A stretch of 64,000 bases of DNA. Source: Camelus dromedarius (taxonomy: Eukaryota). A program made the translations under genes and the position numbers. Of this stretch, positions 14,031 to 27,522 are shown one piece after another. Below the pieces are notes generated by a model. The model was not told where the DNA came from and did not search any database. It saw only the letters and a program-made list of their open reading frames with translations. The stretch is taken from positions 79,548,001-79,612,000 of the forward strand of contig NC_087437.1 of NCBI RefSeq assembly GCF_036321535.1. The letters are read 5' to 3'. Position 1 is the first letter of the stretch, and every line of letters begins with the position of its first letter.

Positions 14031-14250
14031 AGTTTGGGCTCAGCAGATATACATTACTATATATAAAACAGATAAACAACAAGGATCTACTGTATAGCAG
14101 AGAGAACTATATTCAACTTCTTGTAATAACATATAACAGGAAAGAATCTGAAAAAAAATGTGTGTATGTATATAACTGAATTGCTTGCTGAACACCTGAA
14201 ACTCACATTGTAACTCAACTACACTTCAGTTAAAAATAAAATTTAAAAAA
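14031..14250 (+). mobile_element. 5'-truncated artiodactyl-type L1 3' end
   Basis: cagataaacaacaaggatctactgtatagca...gaacacctgaaact...A-rich tail; homologous to 16240-16466 and 42240-42437. Confidence 0.9.
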
Positions 14251-15589
14251 TCCTGAAATGATCTAATTGAACAATGACTTATGGCGATGTCCCAAGTTTT
14301 ACTGGAAATAAATCATATGTGACTATGAAAAAAAAAAATTCTGCAAACAATAGCTCCTGTGTCTATGGTTTTCCATGTAGGCTCTGTGTGGGTTCCCAGC
14401 CCACCAACCTGTAAGTGGTGTTCTTGGATGCTACACCCCATCTCCCTGGCCTAAGTTCTCTTATTATAGTCTCAAGACTACAGGCTCTGACGTCGATACT
14501 TTCTTTGAACAACACCCAGTCGATTCCCATGTTTCCTCTCTTTTTTCTGCAATTCAGGATCACTCAGCTGCTTCTCTAAAAATCGTCTGTGATGCTTATT
14601 CACTGCACTGCCATGCCTAAGTTCACATCCACCTTCTGAAACCTCTAAGCTTCTGAAATTCTAGAAAAGTGATTGTGCATGTCTTGTATATTTATGATAC
14701 AATATTGTAGCACAGTTTCAAAAGCTTTTAATTTACTCAGTAATTATTTGAAGGCTCTGTTGCTCTTGCTGCAATTTCTCAAAAATACATTTGTCTTTAC
14801 AGCATATTCCTCATAGCCTATAAATCCCAATCTTCACATATTTCATTGTTTGGCCTACGTTTGGTCATTCTGTATTTCTAGGAAGAGGTCTCTGTCTGTC
14901 CGTCTGTCTCTTTTTGCTGATAGTTCTACCTTGAAGACTCCACACTCTCTCGCCTACTGTTTCTTTCCTATTAGCTGTCATTATGACTAAATTTATTCAG
15001 GATAATACAAATTTTCCCCTGAAATATGTTCTGAAATTGAAGGAAAAAGCCTAGCTCCCAAACAAAAACCTCTGAAATAACACAAGCACTCTGTCTTTGT
15101 GCTGCTCATTTGTTTCCAAGCTTTATTTACATTCTCCAGAAACCATGCACAATTTTGCTTCGTATTAGACAAACTCTCCATGGATTTACTAAACATATGC
15201 TTTGATCCAAGCATGATATTATAAAAAATATTTAACAACCAATATGGCACAGGTACTGGCTAATCCAGGAAAACTGCAGCTAAAGCCTAGAGCAGAGTCC
15301 TGCAGGCCACCTGCTGTGACAGCCACCAATGCTTCAGCAGCAGTTTTGTTTGAAACAGGGAACAGAAGGATCTTGTGGTCCGAGGAGGGACTGGCTGCTG
15401 CCAGGAGTGGTTATTTGAAAACACGATCAGAAGTCTTTCACTATTGTAACCACTAAAGCCACGCCAACCAATTCTGGCTAAGTATTAGCCTTGCCTTTAA
15501 CCCTTGGCTGCTTACTTTCTCCCAGTAAAAAATTTGGAATGATCCTTTCAATATCGTCTAAACTCCTCTAATGGTAAAATTCACTCAGA

Positions 15590-15730
15590 CCTCATGTTAG
15601 CATTTACACATGGGAGTCACACTCCTTCCCCTCTAAATCAGAATCTCCAGTGAAAGGGTCTAGGCAGTTAAATCTCCCATAATCACAGCAAGTGACACAT
15701 CTCATTAGATAATTTCAGGAAACAGTGGCT
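15590..15730. mobile_element. MER5-like hAT MITE fragment
   Basis: ctaaatcagaatctccagtgaaagggtctaggca matches the MER5 core. Confidence 0.5.
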
Positions 15731-16008
15731 TACTTTAAGTGATCCTCAGCACAACTTGATAACTTGGACAGTGCAAACCTTATGAGGTCTATTTGCAGAA
15801 TAGAAAATGAATCACATCAAGGTTTCGTAACTTCCTCGATATTAGGAATCAGGTCTTCTTTTTCTAATTTTAATAGCCTCTGAATAATTGGATTGGATTA
15901 TTTTCCTGCACTAAGAAGTTTTAAAAAATGGTACCATTTCTCTTCAAATTTTATTTTTCTATGTGTTTTCTCCACATCATTGTTTATTTTAGAAGATAAT
16001 CTATTCAA

Positions 16009-16466
16009 TTACTCAGTCATAAAGAATGAAATAATTCCATTTGCAGCAACATGGATGGACCTAGAGATTATTATATTAAGTAAGTCAGACAGAGAAAGAC
16101 AAATATCTTATGATATCACTTACATGTGGAACCTAAAAAAAATCATACAAATTTTATTTACAAACAAAAAATAGACTCACAGACATAGAAAACAAACTAT
16201 GGTTACCAAAAGGTAAAGGGTGGGGGAGGGATAAATTAGGATTTTGGGATTAACAGATACGCATTACACTATATAAAGTATATAAACAGTAAGGACCTAC
16301 TGCATAGCACAGAACTATATTCAATTCCTTAGAATAACATAATGGAAGAAATCTGAAAAGAAAAAATGTATCTGTATGCATATGCATAACTGAATTGCTT
16401 TGCTGTACACCTGAAACTAACATGGTAAATCAACTACACTTCAATAAAAAATAAAATTTTAAAAAG
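16009..16466 (+). mobile_element. 5'-truncated artiodactyl-type L1 with an 18-bp TSD
   Basis: ORF2 C-terminus (IKNEIIPFAATWMDLEIIILS), 3' UTR and A tail. TSD agaagataa(t/c)ctattcaa at 15991-16008 and 16467-16484, preceded by TTTT (endonuclease site). Confidence 0.95.
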
Positions 16467-16950
16467 AGAAGATAACCTATTCAAAAACCATTTAGTATTA
16501 TCTGCAGCTATCTTCTTCGTAAATTCAAACTCATATATTAGCTTCATTAGCAAAATACTAGGAGCACGATTTCAAACATAAAATGTTGTCCTAATGAAAG
16601 TTTCCTGTGTCAGTGAAAACTAATACGAAATAGAGGAAATTTAATTTCCCTAAAATGCATGTGAATGAATTTAAAAGTAAAATGGAAACAACACTGGAAA
16701 ATAACAGCTGTTCACCCATCTCTCTTTGCATCACCTGTTTCTGCTGCACAATACTGGTTTTTCTGGTTTACCTTTTGGAGATAATTATGGAGAATTTTTC
16801 AGCCTCTTTGTAAATGATTTTTTTCCTCTGAGGATATAATATACTGTTTTCTTCCAATAGAAGGCCAGTGTGTGTTAAAATATATATAATGGATAATGGA
16901 CAATATTGACTGACAAAGAATGAGTGACTGAAAATGTGCAAAATATGCAA

Positions 16951-17010
16951 TCTGAAGGTTATGGCATGTCACTCATTGAAAATTCTGAAGGTGGTGACAT
17001 GTCACTCATT
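16951..17010. repeat. 33-bp-period tandem duplication
   Basis: tctgaaggttatggcatgtcactcatt (16951-16977) and tctgaaggtggtgacatgtcactcatt (16984-17010). Confidence 0.85.
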
Positions 17011-17467
17011 TGTAAGCCATCTGCCTAGAGAATTCAATCCAAATGGCTTTGCCAAAAAAAAAAAAAAAATTGTCAGTCCCATCAATAATCAACTGGAAAA
17101 CAAGCATTACATTAGACTGAGGTGAATTTCAGGTGGAAAATGTGCTTGTCTTAGTATTCACTAGAATTTCTATGTAGAACTGGATATATCAATGTGACTG
17201 CCAAGCTTAAATTCCTGGAAATTGGAAATCCAGCCTCGGATAGATGACTGTCTCAATCAGGGGATTTAGAACTGGGCCAAATAATACTAGGCTGATCCTG
17301 AGGACCTCATTCCTGGCTTAGACGTGGCAGGCATTTGAGTGACTAAATAGAATGGGCAATTTGCTGAATGTGTTAGGGATTGTCAGGAGATACATGTGTA
17401 CATGGTCATAATGCTAGAACAATTGAGAACTTTTACTTGTTTTTTTTATTCCTGTGGATATTCTGTA

Positions 17468-17643
17468 CAGTTTTCCTCAAAGTGAGTTCTTTGAACCATA
17501 TGTCAGAATGACTAGACTGCTTCTCATAAAGGCATATTCCTGAGCCCTATGAACAAAATTAACTAGCAGGTATCTCTGTAGTCATTGATAAGCACTCCAC
17601 AAGCTTCAAACGCACAGTGAGGTTTTTTTGCACCACTGCTCTA
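17468..17643. mobile_element. MER5A-like hAT MITE
   Basis: Termini cagttttcctcaaagt ... ttttgcaccactgctcta; internal gcatattcctgagccc. Confidence 0.6.
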
Positions 17644-17999
17644 ACCTTACTTAATCAGATGCTGTTCTTAGGACCATGTGCTAAAAATTTATAGACAGAA
17701 CTCGGTGTTTCTACCAATCTGTAGCTTTATCATGTGATTTGAACAGTACTAGAATTTCTCCCTGTACGACAGGACGGGACTACTATAAATCTCCTGCAAA
17801 ACCTGAAACTTCATGCCCTCAGATTAAATCAAGCCATCTTTATACGTCCTCTTCTACTAAGCCTTCTGTTAAGAGTAAGTCAATATCAATAATAGTGATA
17901 AAAATAATTTTAACCTCTTTTTTAAAATCTTCTATCAGAAATCTTCACCCCATAAGTAACTGAGAACAAGAAATCAAGAATGATGATAAAAAAGTTATA

Positions 18000-18180
18000 T
18001 CTTTCTGCCCCTGCTGTACTTGCATTTTATCTTTTATTGTAATCAGCTATGTTCACATGTAGATCACACCTGGTTGCTAATAAATTCTTGAAGGACAGGG
18101 ACTGCTTCCTTCATCATTCTATCTCCAGGGACTCCAGAGCTTGCTATAATGTTTGACACATGTTGATTTATTGTCTGAAT
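18000..18180 (+). mobile_element. L2 3' end fragment
   Basis: taaattcttgaaggacagggactg...atctccaggg. Confidence 0.6.
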
Positions 18181-18699
18181 AATAATGCTATTATAAAGAA
18201 ATTAAGGAAAAATCATGGGCTAGTATTTGGGAAAGGCTGAAGTACTAGGATACGAGGGTGGTCCACCTCAGAGGAGAAACAGGGAAATTCAAGGTAGGAT
18301 GAAAATGAGGGAAAATAAAAGGAGGAAAGGATGCATTTAGATTTTTTTTAAACTTCGTCAGAAGTTAATACTTCATTCAAAAATATGTTTTTCCTCTGAA
18401 CTTCATTATTTTAATATATAAAACATGTGTATATATCTAAATAAAGATACATGTGTTACTGATAACTACAAGAGTCTCCTCTACGTCAAATTTAATTAGT
18501 AATTGTTTTGCCCAGTGAAGGCTTTTTCAATCATGCATATATTTTTAAACAAAATTAAGCATTTATGCTATAGTCATTCAACAGTTCCTTGTTTGCGAAA
18601 CAAATACAGAAAATTTTGTAAATAGGTTACATTGCAGAAGGTCACAAAATATCTTTGATTAATAATTGACTAAGAATAGGAATCATAAAATAAGTTGTA

Positions 18700-18860
18700 G
18701 TCTAAGATCAACTACTTACTTATAAGAGTCTATATTGGTGAACAATTTTATTGGCTGTAAAATGATCATGGACATACTAGTTACCTAACTGAACCCACAG
18801 ACTTACCGTGAAGTTGGACAGAGGCAATGAACGTAAAAACATTTTGTAAAGACTAATGCA
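18700..18860 (+). mobile_element. MIR fragment
   Basis: actacttac...ctgtaaaatg...acgtaaaaacattttgtaaa. Confidence 0.45.
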
Positions 18861-19361
18861 TATATATGTGTTATAATCAATATCATGTATTAAAATGACA
18901 TCCTTAAGGCTTCCTTTGGGTTCTTGAGAAAAGTCCTTGAGTAGCATCAGAATTTGACACTCAGGCTTTTGTATTCAGCTATTTATACAAGGTTCTGTCT
19001 TCTAAGCAGTGATATTAGTGTTGAGAACAAATGACATAAGACCTGAACAGTTAAAAGGATCAGACATTGAGCTTTAGAATTTTTTGGTGAAGCATATCTG
19101 AAGTTTTTTGCAATTGGCTTTGTCCCAATCCTGTTGTTAAACCTCTGGAAAAATTTACTGATTTATCTTTTGATTAAGTTCAAATCACTTAATTTGTGAG
19201 CAGAAGGGAGACAGCAAGATTTGAATTCTCCCAAATTCAAATGTTTTCATAAAGTCTTGAAATTCTGATTCTGGTAACAGAAGCATATTCTTTCTCTGCT
19301 TTGGTTGATATTGTAAGACCATGACTGCTATTACTAAAATTTTTACATACTTATTGGTCAT

Positions 19362-20323
19362 GGTGGTAGGCTGAAAAATACCTCCTCAGAGGATGAAGAG
19401 ATGCCCACGCTCTAATTCCCCAAACTCATTAATGTGTTGTCTTACAGTGCAAAAGGGACTCTGCAGATCTGATTAATTTAAAATTTTGAGATGGAGAGAT
19501 TATGCTGGATTAGCCAAGTAGGACCAATGCAATTAAAAGGTCCTTAAAGATGGTGGTAAGAAAGTCAGGATTAGAGGAGGAAACCACACAGAAACAAAGG
19601 TTGTTTTTAGGAGTTTGGCTTTTCTAGATAAGACGTGTAAGTGATAAATTTATATTTCACTGTATAACATATCTTACTTAGCATAATATCCTCAAGGTCC
19701 ATCATGTTGCTGTAAATAGCAGGATTTCTTTCTTTCTCATGGCTGAATTACATTCCATTGTATGTCTGTGTGTGTCTATGTGTATCTATCATATCTTTTT
19801 TTTATCAATTCATCTATTGATAGGCACTTAATTTTTTCATATCTTGGCTGTTATGAATAAGGCTGCAATGAACATGGGTGTGTAGATATCTTTTTGAAAT
19901 ACTGATTTTTAATTCCTTCAGGTATATATCCAGGAGTGGGATTGCTGCTAATACTACAGTGGTAATCATATTGCAATATATAAGTGTATTAAACCAACAC
20001 ACTGTATACCTTAAACTGATGGAACAGTAGATGTCAGTTACATCTCAAAATACTAAAAAACAAAAAAACAAAAAACTGAGCAGGGATTGAACTCATTCCA
20101 TTGCTCACTGGGAGGACACAAGCCAAGGAATGTGAGCAGCCTCTGGAAACTCCACAAGGGACGGAGACAGATTCCCCCCTAGAGCTTTCAGAAAGAAAGC
20201 AGACTGGTTAACACCTTAATTTTATGGCTTCTGACTCCCAGAACTGTAAGATAGTAAGTTTGGGTTGCACTAAGTCACTAAATTTGTGGTTATTTATTAT
20301 AGCAATGATAGAAAACTAATATA
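19362..20323 (+). mobile_element. MaLR solo LTR (MLT1D-like) split by an L1 insertion
   Basis: 5' half 19362-19603 (aaaagggactctgcagat...gagattatgctggatta) and 3' half about 20075-20323 (agccaaggaatg...ctagagctttcagaaagaa...gaaaactaatata). Confidence 0.88.
19604..20075. mobile_element. L1MA-type insertion with a 5' inversion
   Basis: 19604-19946 is antisense ORF2 end/early 3' UTR; 19947-20075 is the sense L1MA9-like 3' terminus with A tail. Confidence 0.85.
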
Positions 20324-20364
20324 GCTCAAAAACAACCATAATCACTGTTTTCATTAAAGAGAAA

Positions 20365-20580
20365 AAATGGTTAAGATTTTAAATCTATGGAGCCAGAATG
20401 CCTACACTGAAATCCTCTTTCCATCTCTTACTAGATGAGTTACTTTGGCAAGTGTTTGCCCGCCTGTGCAGTGGGGATAAGAGTACTTTACAGGGTTTTT
20501 GAGAAGATTAAAGGAGTTAACAAATTTGAAGCTACCAGAACATTGTGTGACACATGGCCATTTTCATAAGATCTAAATCA
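20365..20580 (+). mobile_element. MIR SINE
   Basis: tggttaaga...ggagccagaatgcct...cttactag...ttggcaagt...gagaagattaaaggagttaa. Confidence 0.8.
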
Positions 20581-22509
20581 TCTTTTTATTATTGTCATTA
20601 TTAAAGTTGTGATTATCACTTGCTTATTCTTTAAATAAAAAATATCAGAGTTTTCACTCTCTAGGTGCCATTTGATGGTGAGGATATCAAAATGTGTTTT
20701 GTTAAACCTCTGCTTTCAGGAAACCTATGATAATGAGGGAGAGATGGAGTATGTACCTGTGCAGTGCAGGATGGAAAACTGTGAATGTCTTAGATGTTTT
20801 TCTTCCTTCCCACTATTCTGCTTCTGAGTCTAGCAAGTTTGATGGATGGTGTATTATGCATCTGCCCTTGACTGTGGAAGTATCTCAATTGTAGTACACT
20901 TTTGACCCAATTATGTAGGTAAAATTTCTTTTAATTGGAAAAATAAATAAATAATTTGGGGAAGAAATAAGAAGTATTTGACTAGGCTATGTGTTGAATT
21001 GCTGCCCATATATTATCACCCCTAGATGATAAGTTATAACCTGTAATTATCACAGAGCTCATCCACTGCCACACAACTATCACGTACGGAAAGCATCTCA
21101 GTTTTAGTGCTCAGTTAAAAACAAAAACAAAACAACCAACAACAATAATAAAAACTATATTTTATATCTGGTGGTAAACCACCTCTTCTGATAACAGCTC
21201 TCATATTTTTTTTAGAATTATAAAATGACAGCTCAGAATGGTAGATAAAGCCTCAGACAAGAAACAAGAAAATAATAACAATTTCTGAGTCCATGTAGCA
21301 ATTTTCCTCTAAAATTAACCTTCACAATCCCATGATGGATTGAACAGGTACCATTTTCAGATGTCATCTATAAGAGGAAGAACACTCAAAGATGTGAGGT
21401 CCACAAAAAACCCACAAGGGTATAAACATCATCACCACCGCAAAACGTACTGAGCAAGTGTTTTTGTGCTGTCGTTCTGATTTGTTTTGCATGCAGTGTT
21501 GTACTGCCAGTGGTACCACCCCCCACCCCATCCAGAAAACAAACAAAATAGCGTCTGGCTTCAAAACAGGACTCAATCTGTACATATGTGTTTGAACAGC
21601 TAAAATATGGCGTGCCAGCCACTCTCACGTTGGTCTTCATTAGCTGCCACTCTCCAGTTTAGGAAGGTCACACATACAGCATAGTTACACGGATTAGCTT
21701 AGTATTTGCTCTATTTCTCTGGAGACATGGCCTGAATCAATCTGTGTTTAACACTATGATTCTGTTTGAAGTTAACGGAAGAGCATGAATTAGAAACAAT
21801 CAAACGAGCCAAAGTATTAAGATCACTATATAGATGGGAAAGACCCAAGGGAATTCTAGTAATTTTAACTTGTGTCTTTAGCTATAAAGTTCAAAGAAAA
21901 ATGTTCACATAAATTTCTATACTTACTCTTCCTAGAATTACTCTCAATTTGTAAAGATGCATATGTTGTTGTTTATTTAAAAGATAAAATCATGTCACTA
22001 CAATGCATAATGTCTGAGAATATTTGACTTTGCATCATAGGCTCTATTAAATATCATCTGAATATTTCAGACCAAAAACTATTTAAAGAAGCCAGTATTA
22101 GCAACAAAAAAGCAACATTCCTCATAGTAGCATAATTTGTGACCAATTTATCTATTTTAAGGAATACATTGTATTATGACCTTCATTAAACTTCCAGACC
22201 TTGGCAATGTTTTGCCAGGCAATGATAAATTTATCCTTATAAAATATACCACTTTTGTTTTGTTGGATAAATACTGGAGAATGAAATCTTTGCCGAAAAA
22301 TTTAAACATTCTTCCTGAGGAGTTATGTGGCACAAAGCTATATACCAAATCAAGGCTGAATAGGGTGGGATTCCTCCAGAGTGAGGTATTTTGATATAGA
22401 TTTGGGGAGCATGTTTTGACAACTCAGTGATATACTTTGACAGAGAGTAGATAGCAGATAACACACTGCCTCTCAATGTTATAGTACTTCCAAGTTAAAA
22501 CAATATAGA

Positions 22510-22940
22510 CACATGCTAGGATCTTACAATATTGGTGTTCTTTTGTTGCAAATCACAGAAACTGGCTACAGCTTATCTAAATCAAGAAAAGTATTTTAAA
22601 AGTGTTTTTGAAAAATACAAAATTGGTGGTAAGATGGGAGGTCGAGGCTTGAAATCAAACAGGAAATTCTGGAGGGTAATGGCACTGGTCTTCTGACAGG
22701 TGACATGCAGTCTGACAGCCTCTTCTAGAATTAAGTGGAATTAAGTGTGTTTGCATCTTTTTGTGGTGGCATGCTCAAGTTTGTGATTCTAATTGACTTT
22801 GGTTGGATCAAGAGTCTGAACACTGCGAAGGGCAAAACAGTGCACATAGGAACCCCAACACACTATACAGAATAGGAAGAAGAAACTTGGTTGTAATCAA
22901 AAAGAAGATATGGCTGCCTGATACCCCCAACGCCACCAAA
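22510..22940 (-). mobile_element. Old MaLR/ERVL LTR remnant
   Basis: ttcttttgttgcaaatcacagaaac start is typical of antisense old MLT1/LTR33-like LTRs. Confidence 0.45.
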
Positions 22941-24044
22941 TCCAATGTATGCTGTAGATTTATTCTCATATTTTGACAACTTAAAAATATTACAGCTAAG
23001 AATTAGGAAAATCACATATTCAAAGCTTCATCAATGACAGTGACAGGAAATGGACTAGGGGATGTAGAGGTGGAGGTGAGGATAAAAGGAGCATTTTTAA
23101 AGGATACATTTATCTGTAAAGATATAATTTTAAAGAGTTCTCTTCAGGCTGGATTGATAATTAATTCTGAATATTTTTATCAAGCAAGAAACTGGAAATA
23201 AATCAAGCCTCGTATATTATACCCCAGACACCTGCCATCTTCAGTTGTGATAGATGTAGACTAAATTGTTTGAAATTTTATTTAAATGCAGTTTAATATA
23301 GAATTTAAATGATACAAAATAGAAGAATAGCTCTAATTGCATAATGCATTATCTTAGCAAATAAATAATATATGATCTACTGAATGTGTAAATGACACCG
23401 ACAGAACTTTGGTAAATTTACTTGTGTTTCTCTCACCCATTAGCAATTCTATAATCACTTAAAGTCTTACTCTTCATGAAGTGAAATTATTTTAAACTTT
23501 TCATATGCTGACAAACAGAAACCTTTTTATTCTCCATTTACAAAATGACATCTGCTCTGTTTCCATTTTACTTTTTCAAAATGAGTTCACTTTAGTGTTT
23601 TATTTCTTATTTTGTCAAATAGCTTTGCCAAAGATGGTGCAAATCTAGTCCCTGTAGACCAGAAATTACAGAAATGTAGACATAACACTTTACATATGGC
23701 AGTTATGTGCTTAACATTTTATATTAGGTATTTTAGACATCTAGATTTCCCTTTCTCTATTTTTAACTCAATCAAATGCCAAGAAAATTTTAAACAATAA
23801 AAACCAAGCCATTTTGCAAGCAGGATATTGACTACTGTTTTAAATAACAGTAATACTATAGTATTAATAATATAAATAGGTCCTCACGTCTGATCATCTA
23901 AATACAGACAGTCTGTAGCTCTTTCTTTTCAATGACAAGAGAAGTAACACTGATCAGAGCCATGCTGCTGTTGTCACCCGATCACTTCCTGATTCTCTCC
24001 TTCACATTATCTCCTCTCTCCCTGCTGACACGCATCATGGCCTC

Positions 24045-24095
24045 ACACACACGCCGGTACACACGTGTGCACACACATACACACACACACACACA
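24045..24095. repeat. Imperfect (CA)n microsatellite
   Basis: Direct inspection. Confidence 0.9.
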
Positions 24096-24099
24096 ACTG

Positions 24100-24270
24100 G
24101 GGTGTGGGGCTTAATGCTGTGGATTCTGATGTCAGTCTTCCCGGGGTTTCCTAAGATCTGTCACTTACTAAGTATGCAAATTCAGGTACCTTACCTTCTC
24201 TAAGCCTCTGTCTTCATCTGACCAAGACAGGCACCACGCACACTCTCAGGGAGTGTAAAAGGTTCTTGGT
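24100..24270 (+). mobile_element. MIR SINE
   Basis: ggattctgatgtcag...tctgtcacttactaag...ttaccttctctaagcctctgtcttcatctg. Confidence 0.7.
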
Positions 24271-26869
24271 GCAATTATTGCTATTGTTGGCAGAGTGCTT
24301 ATGGGAGAAACAGCAGCTGTGATATCTGTAAGTTTTATTGGTTTAGCCTCTGTATTCAGAAACTTTATTCTCGATCATAATCAAATAGAAACACCTTATT
24401 AGAAGATCATTCTTAAAACATAGCACATATAATAAAGGATAATTATGAAGCTTAGAATGAATCATAACTCTGATATAAATTCTGAGATAATTCTGCCATT
24501 AGAGACACATATTTCTTTTTTCATTTTAATCTTGTCTTACTTGTTCAGTTACTACAGAAATCAGAATATGAGAAGGGACTCACCAGTGCTGACTACTGAT
24601 GAATTTTAACAATTAGGGTTGGATGAAATCAGAGTCCAAAACACATCATTATATTATTATGATATATTATTTTCATTTATTTGGACATTATCTACTACTA
24701 TAATTAATTTGGCTCAGGAATGAATTTTCTTAATGTTTTAATCAGTAGGGTCCCAGAAAGGCAGGATGCTGCATTAAGACATCATGCAGTTTTGAGGTGT
24801 GATTCTGCTGCCAACTTCTCCCCATTTCTTTGCTAAAATGCCTGATGTCTGAGTACACGTCTGACATCATAAGAATCAGGATTTAAATAACAGATCTCAG
24901 TCTCTTCTGGCTTAAAGACTATTCCTTGCAGAAGCTGAGACTTCTCTAAGCCTATCTGAGCTAAAGATACAAACAAATCTTCTCTGTTCTGGTCTCAGTC
25001 ATTCAGGTCTAAGCCGCAGGCTAAATCACTTATAATTCAGAAATCTCACTCTTCTTGATGAAAATGAAAAATAATCTTGAACAAGAGTAGTATAGAGGAG
25101 AAAACACTTAATGAGAAATCAGGAAGTCTGGTTTAGCCCTGAACCATCTTCAATCTATTTTGGTAACCTTGGTAACCTTGGCAAATAAAACAATCTTTAT
25201 GTAAAGTTAGAAAGTTCAGTTCAACTATTCTAAGCATCACTCCAATGCTAATGTCCTTTGAGGGGGAAAAATCCATAACCATATATTATTTTAATCTAAT
25301 TGATATTTTTCCTAACACAAACTTACACACACAGATACCATACACACTCTCCTACACATATTCATAGACACACACTTTTCCAGTTCCTCTCTTTCTTTCT
25401 CCCTCTCGTCCTTTTCCTTAGCCAAATATGGAAATCCAATATTCTAAATACTCTTATTCTTCTTAAGCAAAAGAGAAATCTCAAAGGATTTGTCAACAGA
25501 TCAGAAGAATTCTGTGCAGGTGTATTTCCCTGGGGAAATATATATGCCAATGATAGAATTCTAGGTCTGACTTTTACATGGTGATAAAGTGCTTGTTTGT
25601 TTTTTGCTAGTAAAAGAAAAATGAAAGAGAAGTCATTTATCACCCAATGGAATAAAAAGTTCTCAGCAACTGCTTAAGTGAAATGCCTCCTCCTTATTTA
25701 AGACACTAGTCCCCTTAAACCCACATCTACTTTTATTATTGATTTTTATCTTCTTTGCCCTCAAGAAATAGCAAGAAACATGTTCAATTCTAGCCTGGGG
25801 GAAAATAGAAGAAAAAAACTTAACAGAGATCTATCCTACTCTGGTAGAAAAACTGACTTGATGACCTAATTGGCCCTTTGTATGACTGACAGTTAGAACA
25901 CCTTGTGCTGGGTGGAAACCAAACTGAGCACCGTCATAGAGAAGAAAAAGCCACATCAAAACGTAAGTTAGATGTGTTTCTCTCAGTCTGAATTTGGCAG
26001 ACTCTTACTATAATTCTATCCACAAGAAGATAAAGAGAGAGTCAGAAGAGCCATCAGAAGAGGAAATAAAGTAAATTCTTACTGATCTTCAAAAGAAATA
26101 AATATTCTATTGGTCTGTCTCTTAGTTTCTATACTATGAGATATCTGCTACATGAGTAGAAGCTTTTCTGGGTTATTTTACCAAGCTATATTTTCATATT
26201 ATTCAGACACCCAGGATTGTGCTAACGATTCAGCAATGGCTTTTTAAGTTATGGAAGTTGGGTTAATTTGACTGCTCAAACCCTTCCCTCTAACTCTTCA
26301 ACTGATGCATTATAGAATTGCCTGAAGTAGCAATTATGTTGTGTTGTCACCGGTACAAAATGATGTAACACCAGGAGAAATTCTTCCTGACCTGTAAAAT
26401 CAAATCAGTGTCATAGACTTCCTACATGTACTCCGTAGAAACAAGGAAGCTGATCAAGGATGAATTTAAATAAATGATCATCTAAATGATTCCAGCTTTT
26501 CCAGCCAGAATAGTAAGAGGAGTGGAATTGGAGAATTATCTTGACCTATCTGCCATTTTTTCCTAGCCATCTCTTACCTTTCTAACAAACTCATAGCAGA
26601 AATATATTGAACTGTGCATGCTAGAACATAAGTAGCCACTGTGACAAGGATAGCTAAAGGATGCTTACTTACATTCTTATTAGCTGAAATCCCAGATGTT
26701 GTATTGAAAATCCCAAACCCATACCCATACCCAAAAAGGTTGCAGCAGACTTTTATTGTGGATTATATGGTAAGGGTCTGAACCAGAGTTCCCTTTTTAA
26801 AAGATTTTCCTGGGTGCCACGGACTAAGAGAAGGTTGAGTATGCTGTCATTATTTCAAATTCATAAAAA

Positions 26870-27070
26870 TATTAATAAATAATAGTATTTTTGTACTTAT
26901 TGCTCTAGATTTACAAATATTTCCTCATTTCATCCTCAAAATAACCTTTAGAGGAAGATACTACTAATATTCCCATTTTACAGGTGAGGAGACAGAGAGT
27001 TTTAAAATTTGAGTTTACTCAATAAATAGTAGAGACAGCGTTTAAAGACCAGGTATTCTGCATCTAGAAC
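26870..27070 (-). mobile_element. MIR SINE
   Basis: ctcatttcatcctcaaaataacc...tcccattttacaggtgaggagacagag. Confidence 0.8.
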
Positions 27071-27430
27071 CTGTTTGTATCAAGAATCTATATCCAAAAT
27101 GGCAAAAGAAGATTGTAATTTACACCATGGATTATACATTAATCCTCTAAATTGCTGGCTATTTTAACCAATATACTGCCATTTAAATTAAAGAAGGCTT
27201 TGGTATTTTAATTACAATTGCATTAATTACAGTTTCATTTCTGCAGATTACCACACTATTACAACTTATTTTTTCAAGTTTCTATTGGGATCGAAAGTCA
27301 GATTAATCTGTATTTTGTTAATAAGAACAGGACTGTTACGATAAACCACAAAGAGCTGAAAGAGACTATCAAATAAAACAACAAGAAAACAAGCAGGAAA
27401 AAAAAAAACCAACAACAAAAAAAGACCTAC

Positions 27431-27522
27431 CTTTCCTGTGGTGGATGAGAATCAACAGGTGTAGAAAAGGGGCGGTCCAAGCATGCCAGTTTAGATACGG
27501 TCCATTTCCTGCCATGAGGGGG
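27431..27522 (-). other. Candidate internal exon (92 nt) of an unidentified minus-strand transcript
   Basis: Acceptor gagtttcttctgtttcttcttatag| and donor AAG|gtaggt; GC-richer than flanks; unique sequence. No protein similarity recognised. Confidence 0.4.

Noticed and set aside
16770..16927. Additional minus-strand exon candidate
   Set aside because: Donor (AAG|gtaaac) and acceptor are only moderate and the composition matches background.
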